This document shows, piece after piece, positions 20,201-29,670 of a stretch of DNA of 64,000 bases; the first letter of the stretch is position 1; each line of letters starts with the position of its first letter. Where the stretch lies: the IMG/VR virus record IMGVR_UViG_3300021399_000098. One strand, 5' to 3'. Source of the stretch: a virus (lineage: Duplodnaviria > Caudoviricetes). The translations under genes were made by a program, and so were the position numbers. Under the pieces are notes generated by a model. That model worked only from the letters and a program-made list of their open reading frames with translations. It ran no database searches and was not told where the DNA came from.

Positions 20201-22396
20201 GGTCTTGAAGATAAGTTGGTTAGAACCAGTCTCTTCATTGAACTCATAGATAAGGTCAACGCCTGCATATATACCATCGGCATTAAGCTTGATGATGTTT
20301 GGTTTGTTATCCTCAACCTCACTGCTTATGTTAACGCTAACGTTAGGTCTAATTGGGTCAGTTCTGTCAACATTGATTGAATTGTCAGTATTGATAACGT
20401 CAACCAACTTACCTTCACTGCTTGCGCTTAAGGTGTCAATTGCACCGCTCAAGAAATTATCAGCGGCTTCTCTTTCAGCCTTTTCTCTGTCGAACTCATC
20501 CCTTACGGTATTACGGATGTCAAATCCTTCACCAAGGGCATCGTCAAATTTCTTTTCAATTCTCTGTTCCTCTGCGGTTGCTCTAGCAATCTCAGCTTCG
20601 GTCTGTGCAGAAAGGATTGAAAGGTTTGCTGAAATTGTTTCAGTCTTAGCTGAAATGGTATCAGTCTTTGCAGAAAGCTCATTGAACTTATAGGTTACTG
20701 TTTCGTGACCATCGGTTGTGAAACCAGTACCAATGGTGGTTTCAATGGTGTTGATTTCCCTATCATGCTCAGTGTCCTTTTCAGTTGAACGTGTAATCTC
20801 TTCATCCAACTTATTCTCAATTCTTTCATCCTCAGATGTTGAACGAGCAATCTCTGCATCAAGGTCAGCTCTTACGCTGTCAACTTTACCACTAGTTTCG
20901 TTAAGTCTAGCATTGATGTCTGCGTCACTTGCAATCAACTTGTCAAGTTCAGCCTCAACAGTGCTTTCCCTACCATATCTGATGTTATCAGCAGTACCCT
21001 TTACAAACAACTCATGGTTCTTGTCAACCAATATGTTGTCTGGGTCATTATAGATTGCTGCGTCAGCAGAAACCTTATCATTTCCTCCAATTACTCTTTC
21101 CTTGTGAAGCTTAACATTGTGGCCATCATTCACAATATCCCACTCCCAGTTCATGAGCAATTCACCGATAGGAATGTCAACGAACTTTGTTTCTCCGTGA
21201 CTGTCTTTATATGTAATTACAAGAACTTCTCTAGTTGCATCGTAATATATATTCTCCAAAATTTCAACGCTGTTAAGCGCAATTCTTTCGGTGTTTGTGC
21301 CACCTGTTACGTTTGAAGCCGTAAAGATAAGTGTGTTTTCACTAGGAACATACTTCAACGTTGCTGAAGCAAAGATACCATCTGGCTTTTCGTAAATTAT
21401 GTTACTGCCGTCACTAGATACCTTTTTCTTAGCGCACTCATTCAAAGCGTCTGCAACAGTAATCTCAACGCCATCCTTAAAGTAGGCGATGTTGTCTGCC
21501 ATACCTCTAACATACAAGTATCTTCCATCACTGGTCTTCTTCAAGATGTTGTGAGCCATGTCAGCAAGTCTAACGTCTGCTCTCAAGATGTCTTGCCAAG
21601 GTTCTACGTGGTTGTGTGCTGCATCGTCACCGTAGCCTATTTCCTCTTTGGTCAACACGATAGGGGTCTTTGATGCTTCACCTTCGACATCCCATTCATC
21701 AACCAAACGCTCAAGGTCAATTACGATTTCGCCACTCTCTTTCATGAAAAGATGTAATGACTCATCTTCTACGGAGTATTCACCACCTACCAAATAATTG
21801 TTAGGCAATTTAACGCTAGTCTTCTCAAGTTCACTAGTCTGAGCATTGTTTACTACGAATGTAAAGGTTTCCCTTTCCTCGTCATAAGTCAAGTTAACAT
21901 ATGTATACAAACCATCCTCTGTTGTCATTATACGATTTGGAAGACGAACATTGTCAAAAATATGCGCCTCTGCAACTTGAACGTCACCACTCAAAATAGT
22001 GCCATCATCAGTCTTCTCAGCGTAAAGCTTCAAAGTGTCTGTGTCTTTGGTTACAAGAGTCAAACTCCTTACAACCTTTTCAAGCTCTTCCCAAAGGTCT
22101 TGTATTTCAGACTCAGTTTTATCTATATCTATGATACAGAACTGGTTGTCTGCATATTGTACACCTTCATTGGTAGCAGAACCGATGACAAGGATGATAT
22201 GTGGGTCTTCCTCGTTCTCCTCGTTCTTATACCTGAGAATAGTTGGCTCGGCAAGCAAAGAAAAGCCATAAGAATCGTCTTCAGCAGCCATGCTTGGCTC
22301 TGTTGCACGTCTTATACCTGTGTAAATATACTCAATTGCTTGCTCCCTAGTCTCAAATATTTCACTATGGTGTCTAAATTGTAATCTATTCTTCAT
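17213..22396 (-). CDS. Large fibre/coiled-coil virion protein
   Basis: 1727 aa; repeated YD...L.I.Y....GEL..EW modules; long 18-residue E..RA..AE..L coiled coil; three C-terminal Cys-containing repeats; VWDCGEY. Confidence 0.7.
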   Translation of the reverse strand: MKNRLQFRHHSEIFETREQAIEYIYTGIRRATEPSMAAEDDSYGFSLLAEPTILRYKNEENEEDPHIILVIGSATNEGVQYADNQFCIIDIDKTESEIQDLWEELEKVVRSLTLVTKDTDTLKLYAEKTDDGTILSGDVQVAEAHIFDNVRLPNRIMTTEDGLYTYVNLTYDEERETFTFVVNNAQTSELEKTSVKLPNNYLVGGEYSVEDESLHLFMKESGEIVIDLERLVDEWDVEGEASKTPIVLTKEEIGYGDDAAHNHVEPWQDILRADVRLADMAHNILKKTSDGRYLYVRGMADNIAYFKDGVEITVADALNECAKKKVSSDGSNIIYEKPDGIFASATLKYVPSENTLIFTASNVTGGTNTERIALNSVEILENIYYDATREVLVITYKDSHGETKFVDIPIGELLMNWEWDIVNDGHNVKLHKERVIGGNDKVSADAAIYNDPDNILVDKNHELFVKGTADNIRYGRESTVEAELDKLIASDADINARLNETSGKVDSVRADLDAEIARSTSEDERIENKLDEEITRSTEKDTEHDREINTIETTIGTGFTTDGHETVTYKFNELSAKTDTISAKTETISANLSILSAQTEAEIARATAEEQRIEKKFDDALGEGFDIRNTVRDEFDREKAEREAADNFLSGAIDTLSASSEGKLVDVINTDNSINVDRTDPIRPNVSVNISSEVEDNKPNIIKLNADGIYAGVDLIYEFNEETGSNQLIFKTTNGTKVYDLKTNSVVDKIYYDPIREAIIIEYTVNGHRMPDVVIPVGALINEWRVSESTDGAIKLSKIRESGATQDVLYAETVISDHDDNMLVNDNGALYVSSAPIDILREDLEAEIEEEKSDRIAADAEIRSDFNAALEAERTAREAADVALQTAINNEAMYRANADTELRNYINSAITAEATARETADHLLEDMINHEAELRESDISDLRTELTTTINTERTERISADTALNTKIDSAITAEATAREQADTELRNYIDSAITAEATARESVDTAIQTALNAEIARSKAIDEDHETRITTNATNIANEITRATDAENALSQAIHAEQDRATTAENALQTAINNEVTRATNAESVLQSNIDAEATARENADTTLQSNIDAETTRAMREEEILRTNLEAEITRSTNKDAELENKIETEKNERISADTELRNAINSEVIRATNAENTIATNLATEIQRSTDKDAELEAAITAEAAAREAADDALQDAIDAATHTLDSTTTISVDKTNPDIWKAHVAISSSDKNIIIGDETNAGIYATANLVYDAATNTIKLYGTNDVLLSQQKLGAGSLLDSIHYDPTEKNLIINYHNADGEAQELQFGVAELFNEWEVKNPSEGSALELTKVPNTSETGAVDYLYGRVLLTKAVEIDGGEVEYGDNIIRIVNNGLYASGSAITEAKEAAECVTHELKQVEIATFGHSVDQECGSGFTYTPKAAACVISAATSMFNADEILDTAVCALSSKTEDTDEEVDCLKKALQVTQQNVMGITVPECGLNADQTIYKYQAHANGCVISAATSMDNADALLDSAICNINSDIDDIDSDIECMSAETKSIERALGVVGNCSEVILYPKTEGCLLNSATTYANADAILEKSVCELLKMMVDTNTPSASMRVVQYGNNQHFEVDVRLSHGNTKAMTDEELTITGVTQEEFTDTNVLRLVAFDDYVPETQYNGLYVSNVWDCGEYTENGVGTPGNKYQTDETASAQNLFNQRYRNGVRA

Positions 22397-22420
22397 TTTA
22401 TTATATTGTTTTCAAACTTA

Positions 22421-24748
22421 TTAGATTTCACCAAAATTACCGTCAAACACAATCTTAATGAAGTGTTCTTCATTTCCGTCTTTTGATTTAAGAACCATGT
22501 TAGGGTCATGAGTTGATGATGGATTCTCTTGGTCAGTTGAATACTGTGGTGCAACTACCATTTCATAAGGATTGTTTGCTGGGTCAATCAACTGTCCGTC
22601 AATCTCATCCTCTCTTGCCTTTGCACGCTCAATTTCCTCAAGAAGCTCTTCCTCTATTTCATCTTCCCTTTCGGTTGCTCTTTCGATTTCATCGTTAATC
22701 TTCTGGTCGAGTCTTGCTTCCTCTTCCATTGCTCTAGCAGTCTCAGCATCAATCTTTTCATCAAGAACTTGCTCTGCTGCTGTTGCTCTTTCGATTTCAG
22801 CATCAATCTTAGTGTTCAACTCAGTCTCGGCACTGATTGCACGAGAAATTTCATTGTTAAGGGCTTCCCAAAGTTCCTCATCTGCTGCAATACGGTCAGA
22901 AATCTCTTGGTCTATCTTATCATCAAGATAAGTGTCACCACTGATTCTAGCCTCTATTTCAGCATTTAATGCATCCCAAAGCTCTTCATCAGCAGCTTCT
23001 CTCTCAGACTTCTCCTCATCAAGTGCTTCTTGTAAAGCGGTGTCAGCAGAGATGCGTTCTTCTCTCTCCTGCTCCAATGCCTCCCAAAGCTCTGTGTCAG
23101 CAGAAATGCGCTCTTCCTTCTCTTTGATGATTACTGGAAGTATTAGCTTCAATACTCTCTCAACAACAAGGTCATCCGTGTTTACAAGGTCTTGGTTACA
23201 ACCATCAGTTGTGTAAACCCTATATTCAACGTTTCTCTGTGGTTCGTGAGCAATTGTAATGGTGTCACATTCCTCTTCGTCAAGGTTGTTTATTCTCCAA
23301 CAGTATTCAACTGTGCTTTCAACGCTAGTGTCAAAGCAAGTGTTTTCAATAACCACTGTATCGCCCTCATTCATGAGTTTCTTTTCCCAGTAATTACCAT
23401 TCCACTCGTTCAAGAAAAGAACCTTTCTCTTCTCTAGAATTTCACCATTGTTTACATCTGCTACTTCAGCATTCTTCTTGTCTTCGTCAAATGTGACGAA
23501 ACCTCCCTTCTTGGCATAGTTGGAAGCTAACCAAATTTGGCCACTCTTAGGGAACAAAATGGTCTTGTAAAGAACACCATCAATATATTCTGAATCGAAA
23601 TAGTTAGAACCATCATAATCCTTTACCAATCTAATGCTATAGAATGGGTTTGGGCATTCAGCAGCTTGAAGAACTCCACCTTTGTTCCATGCAAAATTCT
23701 TTACATAAACATCTTGGTCATCATCACCATGAACGTGAGTAGTTGTCCAGAAATAAGCTTGCTCTTTAAACTCATTTGCTTGAGGTCTATCATAAGCATC
23801 CTTAACGACAACACCGCTTGGTAAAATGGTCATTCCATACTTATCAACACCAACTGGTGAAATGTCCTTCTGTCTTGGAGAATTTGTTCCATCAAATTCT
23901 GAATCGTCAATATCATCAGAATAAATTTCTTCAGCAGAACAACCTGTCATTGGCTTTGTAACTGTACATTCACACTCTGGCTGACCCAACCATCCACATT
24001 CTGACTTGAGGTATTTACCAGCAAGCATGCCAAGTTCAACATGACATCTAGCAGAATTATGGTTCTGGTATTCACATGGTTCAATTGAATTCAAAAGTGC
24101 ATCCCAATCTGCCTTAGTTGGAACTCTCCAACCCTTTCCTTCTGCATTCAAATTGTTGACAATCTTGTCAAGGCCAGCTCCGTTATATAGATAACCGTAA
24201 TCGTTGACATACTCAACTGTGACGTATCTAGTACCTAGCTTTGCAACCTCTGGCAAACTACCACCGTTAGTTAAATCAATTTTCCCTTTAACTGGTGCAT
24301 ACATACCAGTTTTCTCAACACCGTTAAGTCCAAGAGGAGAATCAATTGTACCGTCTCCCTTCAATGTACCATCTGTAATTACTTTTGTAAGAATGTCATG
24401 ACCAATGATTTCCATTAAATTGTCAATGGTAATCAATTTATCAATTACGACTGTCTTAGGGCCGTCAACACAATCATAAGAAATAGTGATTGACTTTCCA
24501 CTTTCAGTACAGTCAGTTTCGACATTCAAATTGTAAGTAACGTCAGTAAGAGGAACGATGAGCTTTTCACCGTTATTCCTTGTAAGTACAAGAGTTTTAG
24601 ACTCCCTAATGAACTCGGCACTCTTAATGTCCTCATCCTTTAATGCCAAGAAATTGCTGTCAATTTCATTAATGGTTAAACGGCAGTTCTTGGTCACATC
24701 CTCTGGATAAGGACTCTGTAATTTGTAATAATATAAGCCTTTTGCCAT
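22421..24748 (-). CDS. Virion protein with FISUMP (Fib_succ_major)-like domain and coiled coil
   Basis: GYLYN, GWRVPTKADW, AGKYLKS, YFWTTT and SIRLVKD motifs; ERISADT.L repeats. Confidence 0.7.
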   Translation of the reverse strand: MAKGLYYYKLQSPYPEDVTKNCRLTINEIDSNFLALKDEDIKSAEFIRESKTLVLTRNNGEKLIVPLTDVTYNLNVETDCTESGKSITISYDCVDGPKTVVIDKLITIDNLMEIIGHDILTKVITDGTLKGDGTIDSPLGLNGVEKTGMYAPVKGKIDLTNGGSLPEVAKLGTRYVTVEYVNDYGYLYNGAGLDKIVNNLNAEGKGWRVPTKADWDALLNSIEPCEYQNHNSARCHVELGMLAGKYLKSECGWLGQPECECTVTKPMTGCSAEEIYSDDIDDSEFDGTNSPRQKDISPVGVDKYGMTILPSGVVVKDAYDRPQANEFKEQAYFWTTTHVHGDDDQDVYVKNFAWNKGGVLQAAECPNPFYSIRLVKDYDGSNYFDSEYIDGVLYKTILFPKSGQIWLASNYAKKGGFVTFDEDKKNAEVADVNNGEILEKRKVLFLNEWNGNYWEKKLMNEGDTVVIENTCFDTSVESTVEYCWRINNLDEEECDTITIAHEPQRNVEYRVYTTDGCNQDLVNTDDLVVERVLKLILPVIIKEKEERISADTELWEALEQEREERISADTALQEALDEEKSEREAADEELWDALNAEIEARISGDTYLDDKIDQEISDRIAADEELWEALNNEISRAISAETELNTKIDAEIERATAAEQVLDEKIDAETARAMEEEARLDQKINDEIERATEREDEIEEELLEEIERAKAREDEIDGQLIDPANNPYEMVVAPQYSTDQENPSSTHDPNMVLKSKDGNEEHFIKIVFDGNFGEI

Positions 24749-24862
24749 TGTTACTTGTTATTTTTGAATTTATTTTTTAATAATAAATATTGAAAGTTTT
24801 TAACTTGTTTCCGTTTTCATACATATTTATAATGTAAAATATATATAAACCCTACAATTTTT

Positions 24863-25186
24863 ATGAAACACCCAAAAGGCTACTGGAAAAACAGGGATAA
24901 CATGATGAAAGAAGCTAGAAAATATTCCACTAAGGAGGCGTTCAAAAAAGGAAACTTGAGTGCCTTTCTAGCGGCATATCGTTATGCTTATATAGACGAA
25001 ATGTACTGGTTAGTTAAACAAAAACAACATAAAAAGGGATATTGGAACTATAAACACATTGAGGAAGAAGCATTAAAATACAAAACAAAAACTGATTTTT
25101 TTAAAGGAAATCAAACAGCATATAGGGCAGCACTGAAATTGGGAATAATCGATGACTTCTTTAGCTTCAATAATTATGTGGAATAA
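24863..25186 (+). CDS. Two-repeat basic protein resembling homing-endonuclease-associated DNA-binding repeats, no nuclease domain
   Basis: Two KGYW...EA.KY.TK..F.KGN..A..AA repeats. Confidence 0.55.
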   Translation: MKHPKGYWKNRDNMMKEARKYSTKEAFKKGNLSAFLAAYRYAYIDEMYWLVKQKQHKKGYWNYKHIEEEALKYKTKTDFFKGNQTAYRAALKLGIIDDFFSFNNYVE

Positions 25187-25221
25187 AAAAAAGAGCAACC
25201 GATTAAGTTGCTCTCTGTTTT
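25185..25221. terminator. Bidirectional intrinsic terminator
   Basis: agagcaac/gttgctct stem with A and T tracts. Confidence 0.65.
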
Positions 25222-25722
25222 TTATTTTTGATATTTTTCAACTCCCTTTTGAAAACCATAATTATATCCAGCCTCATTATTATGACTTCTAAGAGGGTTT
25301 GGCGTATTTAAACTATCCTTATAACCTTTCCAAGCTTCATCATCAGCTCTTCCAATAATTTTGGAATTTTCAGCCCTATCTTTAATACCCATATTAGTTC
25401 TATACCCCTTTGCTGCTCTCCTACCTTTAACTGCATTAAGGGCAAAATTACCACGAGGCGTATCACCAATTTCACTCAGTATTCTGTTTACAGACTCTTT
25501 AACAATTCTATGTAAGTCTGACTCTGTTAATCTTATAATGGTTTGTTCCTCAACTTTTTCTGGAAGTCCTTTATGCTTTGTTTCAGCAAAATCTTTAACA
25601 TCATTCATTGACATTCCATTTGCAGCTTTCTTTATCTTGCTGCTTGGATTCTTCATTTCACCTTTCTTATAGGCATCAACCATACCGAAGAATCTCTGTT
25701 GTGCTTTACTCTTACTTGGCAT
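25222..25722 (-). CDS. DUF3008-like protein with internal IRLTESDL tag
   Basis: MPSKSKAQQRFFGMV...DFAETKHKGLPEKV followed by IIRLTESDLHRIVKESVNRILSE. Confidence 0.65.
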   Translation of the reverse strand: MPSKSKAQQRFFGMVDAYKKGEMKNPSSKIKKAANGMSMNDVKDFAETKHKGLPEKVEEQTIIRLTESDLHRIVKESVNRILSEIGDTPRGNFALNAVKGRRAAKGYRTNMGIKDRAENSKIIGRADDEAWKGYKDSLNTPNPLRSHNNEAGYNYGFQKGVEKYQK

Positions 25723-25723
25723 A

Positions 25724-27706
25724 TTAATTAGTATTTAATTTATTATTTTCGTATTTGTAGTTATTTTCTATAATTAATTGCTCCATGAAACAATTATAAA
25801 TCTTGAATGACTTAAGATAACCGATGAAAGTACCAGCAAAACTCTTCTCTAGAGGGTAAACCCTAGTTGGGTCTAGCATATAGTTATACTGTATCGTCTC
25901 AGCCAATCCTTGCGTACCTCCACCTATTGAAATGTTGTAAGGAACGCCCTCTTGCTTCTCATATAAGTCATTCAAAGCTTTTGGACTGATTCTAGGTAAT
26001 TCCTCTGTGATATATCTAAGCTTTCCGTTTACATAGAACATGAGCTTCATCTTGTCACCGCCCAAGAACGTTATTCTAACATTAACAGTAGTCCATTCAC
26101 AATCTGGTATCACGTTTTCAAATGAATAACCTTCCATTATCTTGGTCTTGTCATCGCCTTCCTTGTCACAGTCAATCGTAAGCAGTCTATAGCCTATTTC
26201 ACCATTATCTGTGATTCTAAACGCCAAAGCATTGTTATAGATGTCATAGTATGGATTATAGTAATTGATGTCCTTATCCCTAAGTTCGTCAATGTTGGCA
26301 ATGGTATATCCAGTCTTTGTACGGTTCATCAATATGAAAAGATTACCTTTGAAATGGTTTTTCCTACCCATGTACATAAATTCAGTACCTTCAACCCAAT
26401 TGGCAATCGTCTTGCCGTTTTTAGTTCTGTCAAACATCATAAACTTGTTGTCAGTGTAGAAATAGTACCAATTTGCCTCTTTCAAGTTGAAACCATTGTC
26501 AGTGTAATATTCAAAGTCTGATATGTCCAATTCTGGCTCAACATAGTCTTGACAGTCAACCGTGTCTTCTAGTCCATCCCATCCTCCAATATATCCGTCT
26601 CCAAAAGGGTCATTCCAGTCGATTTCAGACGTTTCTGACGTGGTTGTGGACTTGTATACCTTCTTGTACTTAATAGGGCATCCACAGCCCACAAAATAAG
26701 GCTGTAGGGTATAATCCTTTTCAACCTTGCCACAGCACCAACCCATTGTTATATGGTCTTCATCTTCATCTATCAATTTCGGCTGTTTCCTAACTTCAAT
26801 TTCAAGGTAATCTGACATGTCCTCCCAATCACAATAATCATCAGCATATAACTCATCGTCATAGTAGTTGAAATTGGTATAATCGTCAATGTCTAGGAAA
26901 TCACCGACATAGTTAAGGCTGACATCGCTGAAATTGCCTATGATATGAGTTTTCTTGTCTATACCGCCATCTTCAACGAAATCATCCATTCCCAACTGGT
27001 AACATTCCTCAAGCCCATATTGGTCATTTTCATCATATAGATAAACCCACTTGTTCTCAGCCCTAGTTCCGATATAGAAGAAAATGCCCTTATTTTCAGG
27101 ATATTTGTCATTCAACGTTTTTGTTGACTCAGCTTCTAAATCACACTTTTTCAAAGTGAACTCAAAATAATACACATCACCGTCATCAAACTTGGATGGC
27201 AAAACTTGGTACTTGTCACATTCTGTCTTGAAAAAGCCTTGGTAGAAACCACCATTTAACTTTACATAACCATCTTCAACATGCAACGGATATTCGTATA
27301 ACAAAGTATTGCCACTAACGGCATGTAGCTTGAGCCTATTATCATCAGCTTCAATCTTCAACGTGTTTGACTTGAACAAGTCAACAAAATCCTTATTGCT
27401 TATTCTGTCTTTCCTGTAGGTGAAAAGACCGTTGTCAACTCCAGTGTATGTTATATTATATAATGTATGTTCCAATGATATGGATTTATCCCATGTATAA
27501 TCGTTCTTTCCGTAAATCCAATTATCCTCACCAATACAGTCACTATCAGACAAATCTATGTACGATATAAGGCACTTATCATACAACTCATTTGGATTGC
27601 TTCCATAATACCCATAAGAGTCCTTATTAACAAAGAAATCCCAATACTCATCCTTGTTAAATCTAAATTTTAGCCTATGATAGTTATTTACCTTTAAATT
27701 TGCCAT
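25724..27706 (-). CDS. Hypothetical, probably virion structural protein (acidic, possible beta-sandwich C-terminus)
   Basis: 660-aa ORF with a TATTTAT site upstream; YVNGKL...ISIGGG near the C-terminus. Confidence 0.55.
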   Translation of the reverse strand: MANLKVNNYHRLKFRFNKDEYWDFFVNKDSYGYYGSNPNELYDKCLISYIDLSDSDCIGEDNWIYGKNDYTWDKSISLEHTLYNITYTGVDNGLFTYRKDRISNKDFVDLFKSNTLKIEADDNRLKLHAVSGNTLLYEYPLHVEDGYVKLNGGFYQGFFKTECDKYQVLPSKFDDGDVYYFEFTLKKCDLEAESTKTLNDKYPENKGIFFYIGTRAENKWVYLYDENDQYGLEECYQLGMDDFVEDGGIDKKTHIIGNFSDVSLNYVGDFLDIDDYTNFNYYDDELYADDYCDWEDMSDYLEIEVRKQPKLIDEDEDHITMGWCCGKVEKDYTLQPYFVGCGCPIKYKKVYKSTTTSETSEIDWNDPFGDGYIGGWDGLEDTVDCQDYVEPELDISDFEYYTDNGFNLKEANWYYFYTDNKFMMFDRTKNGKTIANWVEGTEFMYMGRKNHFKGNLFILMNRTKTGYTIANIDELRDKDINYYNPYYDIYNNALAFRITDNGEIGYRLLTIDCDKEGDDKTKIMEGYSFENVIPDCEWTTVNVRITFLGGDKMKLMFYVNGKLRYITEELPRISPKALNDLYEKQEGVPYNISIGGGTQGLAETIQYNYMLDPTRVYPLEKSFAGTFIGYLKSFKIYNCFMEQLIIENNYKYENNKLNTN

Positions 27707-27764
27707 GTAATCTTCATTATTTTGTCATAAATAAATATTTATTTAATAATAAAACAAATAGATA

Positions 27765-28016
27765 ATGAAAATAATTAGTTTAAACGAATCACAGTTTGGA
27801 AGACTGTTCGAAGGAATTACTGATGGAGACTTCGGTGATAATCCTGTTCCAGACAGATTTGGGGCTGAAGTTACTGACCAAGCAAAACTCCACGAGCCAA
27901 ATGCTTCAACAGATGATACAGAAAATTCAGACCCAACACAAGTTCCTAAAACACCTAAAATGCACACTAGCCAACACTGGGGTGTTACTACTAGAAGTGC
28001 ATCAAATACAATTTAA
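27765..28016 (+). CDS. Small protein with N-terminal MKIISLNESQFGRLFE tag
   Basis: Leader nearly identical to that of the kinase-like gene 55646-56434. Confidence 0.65.
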   Translation: MKIISLNESQFGRLFEGITDGDFGDNPVPDRFGAEVTDQAKLHEPNASTDDTENSDPTQVPKTPKMHTSQHWGVTTRSASNTI

Positions 28017-28021
28017 AAGCT

Positions 28022-28642
28022 ATGCCATTGATATTCGAAGACTCACAGAAAGTAACCAAAAAACAGATATACATTCCGCAGAAAGCCAAACAAAAGTTCA
28101 AAGCGATGGAAAAAATCTACGAACCTTTGTTGGATAAAAATCTTGCTGGTAGTAAAGTTCTTAAATCCCTTGCTGCTGATAAAAAATACAACAAAAAAGG
28201 CCCTAACGCAAACCAAAACGGTAATGAAATTACGCAAGACTCTGTTAGTGTAGAAGATGCAAAAGTGAGGCTTCATAGATTAAATAAACTACCTCAAAAC
28301 GATATTAGAAGAGAACTAAACGGTGGCGAGCTAGCGGCAAACATATACAAAAAAGGAATAGAAAATGCTAGGAGTCAAGAGAAGGTTTCAACGGTAGAAC
28401 CTCCAAAGCCTCCAAAGCCAACATCAGCAAATTCGGTAAAACCGCCATCAGTGAAGACTAAAACGATTTCAAAACCAAATGGTAAAATCACATTCACTGT
28501 AACATCTGAAAACAGAGTGATAAAGGAAAGTAAGGCATTATCTAAAATTGCTGAAGAAACTAGGAAAGATACGAAAAAAATTTACATAACTGAAAAACAA
28601 ATGCTTAGAAATGGCAAACACATTAGAAAATACACTAAATAA
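28022..28642 (+). CDS. Hypothetical basic protein
   Basis: 206 aa; C-terminal KKIYITEKQ tag-like segment. Confidence 0.65.
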   Translation: MPLIFEDSQKVTKKQIYIPQKAKQKFKAMEKIYEPLLDKNLAGSKVLKSLAADKKYNKKGPNANQNGNEITQDSVSVEDAKVRLHRLNKLPQNDIRRELNGGELAANIYKKGIENARSQEKVSTVEPPKPPKPTSANSVKPPSVKTKTISKPNGKITFTVTSENRVIKESKALSKIAEETRKDTKKIYITEKQMLRNGKHIRKYTK

Positions 28643-29168
28643 AGTAGGCAATGCCATAGAGACAATTCTAGGCAGCAACAGTCCAAAAGAGACTAGCCCT
28701 ACTGCTGTTACAACTGGTCAAACTTGTCTTGAACGTTATGGAATGGAAACTAGAAAAGAGCATTTGATGAGGAATGAATGGAAAAAGGACTTGCAATACA
28801 CAAAAGCCTTGGTCAATTCGGAATATGAAATACAAAGTGAATTCATAGTTTCCTCATACGAAGACAGACTTAGAGAAAAGGCACTTAACGCTGCTGCCAT
28901 AGAAGCAGACAAAACATTCAAAAAGCAAATGGCTGCTGAAGACAAAGCTGCTAAAAAGGCTAAAAAGAAGAGGGAAAAGGAAGAACGCCTAAAGAAAAAA
29001 CAAGAAGGAAATAAGGCAACAAATCCAGATGGAACTGTAGAACATTATAACAAACCACAAGAAACAATTACCAAAGTTGGTGGTATTACCGAAGAGAATG
29101 CTGCACAGTATCAAACATTTTTTGATAACTTCCGAACAATAGCTATGGGTGGAAACCCAAATATTTAA
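28611..29168 (+). CDS. Hypothetical protein, partial paralog of the next gene
   Basis: MANT start and GQTCLERYGMETR motif. Confidence 0.65.
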   Translation: MANTLENTLNKVGNAIETILGSNSPKETSPTAVTTGQTCLERYGMETRKEHLMRNEWKKDLQYTKALVNSEYEIQSEFIVSSYEDRLREKALNAAAIEADKTFKKQMAAEDKAAKKAKKKREKEERLKKKQEGNKATNPDGTVEHYNKPQETITKVGGITEENAAQYQTFFDNFRTIAMGGNPNI

Positions 29169-29221
29169 CCAAACTACTATTTATAATAAAAAATAAAATA
29201 TTTAAAAATTTATAGAGAAAT

Positions 29222-29650
29222 ATGGCAAATACAGTTCAAAACGGTCAGACATGCCTTGAGAAAAGAGGCATGGAAGAAAGACATCAAGAGATAACTCGTA
29301 GTGACTATAACATCGAAAACCAGTATGGCGCAACCCATAAGGATGCAACTAGTGACGGTGATGCGCAAGGTAAGGGAACTGGACATGGCGGACACACTCA
29401 CTTCCTTCCTGACTGCACAAAGCCAACAAACATGATTAACTACAGCAACTTTGATACCGAAAACGGTGGTGGCTGCTATGACATCAAGGGTAGAAACGGC
29501 ATCAGTGGTCGTGAAAGAGCACTCGCAATTTCAATGTACAACAAAGAACAGCCTTATGGTGCAGCTTTGGTTGACACTACCGCTAACATAAATGATGGTC
29601 AGTATTTCGTTGGACAGCAGATTGGTAGTCCTAGCTCAAACTGTGGATAA
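29222..29650 (+). CDS. Hypothetical protein
   Basis: MANT start and GQTCLEKRGMEER motif; TATTTATA at 29178-29185. Confidence 0.7.
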   Translation: MANTVQNGQTCLEKRGMEERHQEITRSDYNIENQYGATHKDATSDGDAQGKGTGHGGHTHFLPDCTKPTNMINYSNFDTENGGGCYDIKGRNGISGRERALAISMYNKEQPYGAALVDTTANINDGQYFVGQQIGSPSSNCG

Positions 29651-29670
29651 TTAAATCTGATTAAAATAGT

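Noticed and set aside
23620-23760. FISUMP C-terminal segment as a second DGR variable repeat
   Set aside because: No nucleotide similarity to the TR at 341-433 was seen.
27796-28137. 113-aa alternative-frame ORF
   Set aside because: It overlaps two better-supported genes, 27765-28016 and 28022-28642.
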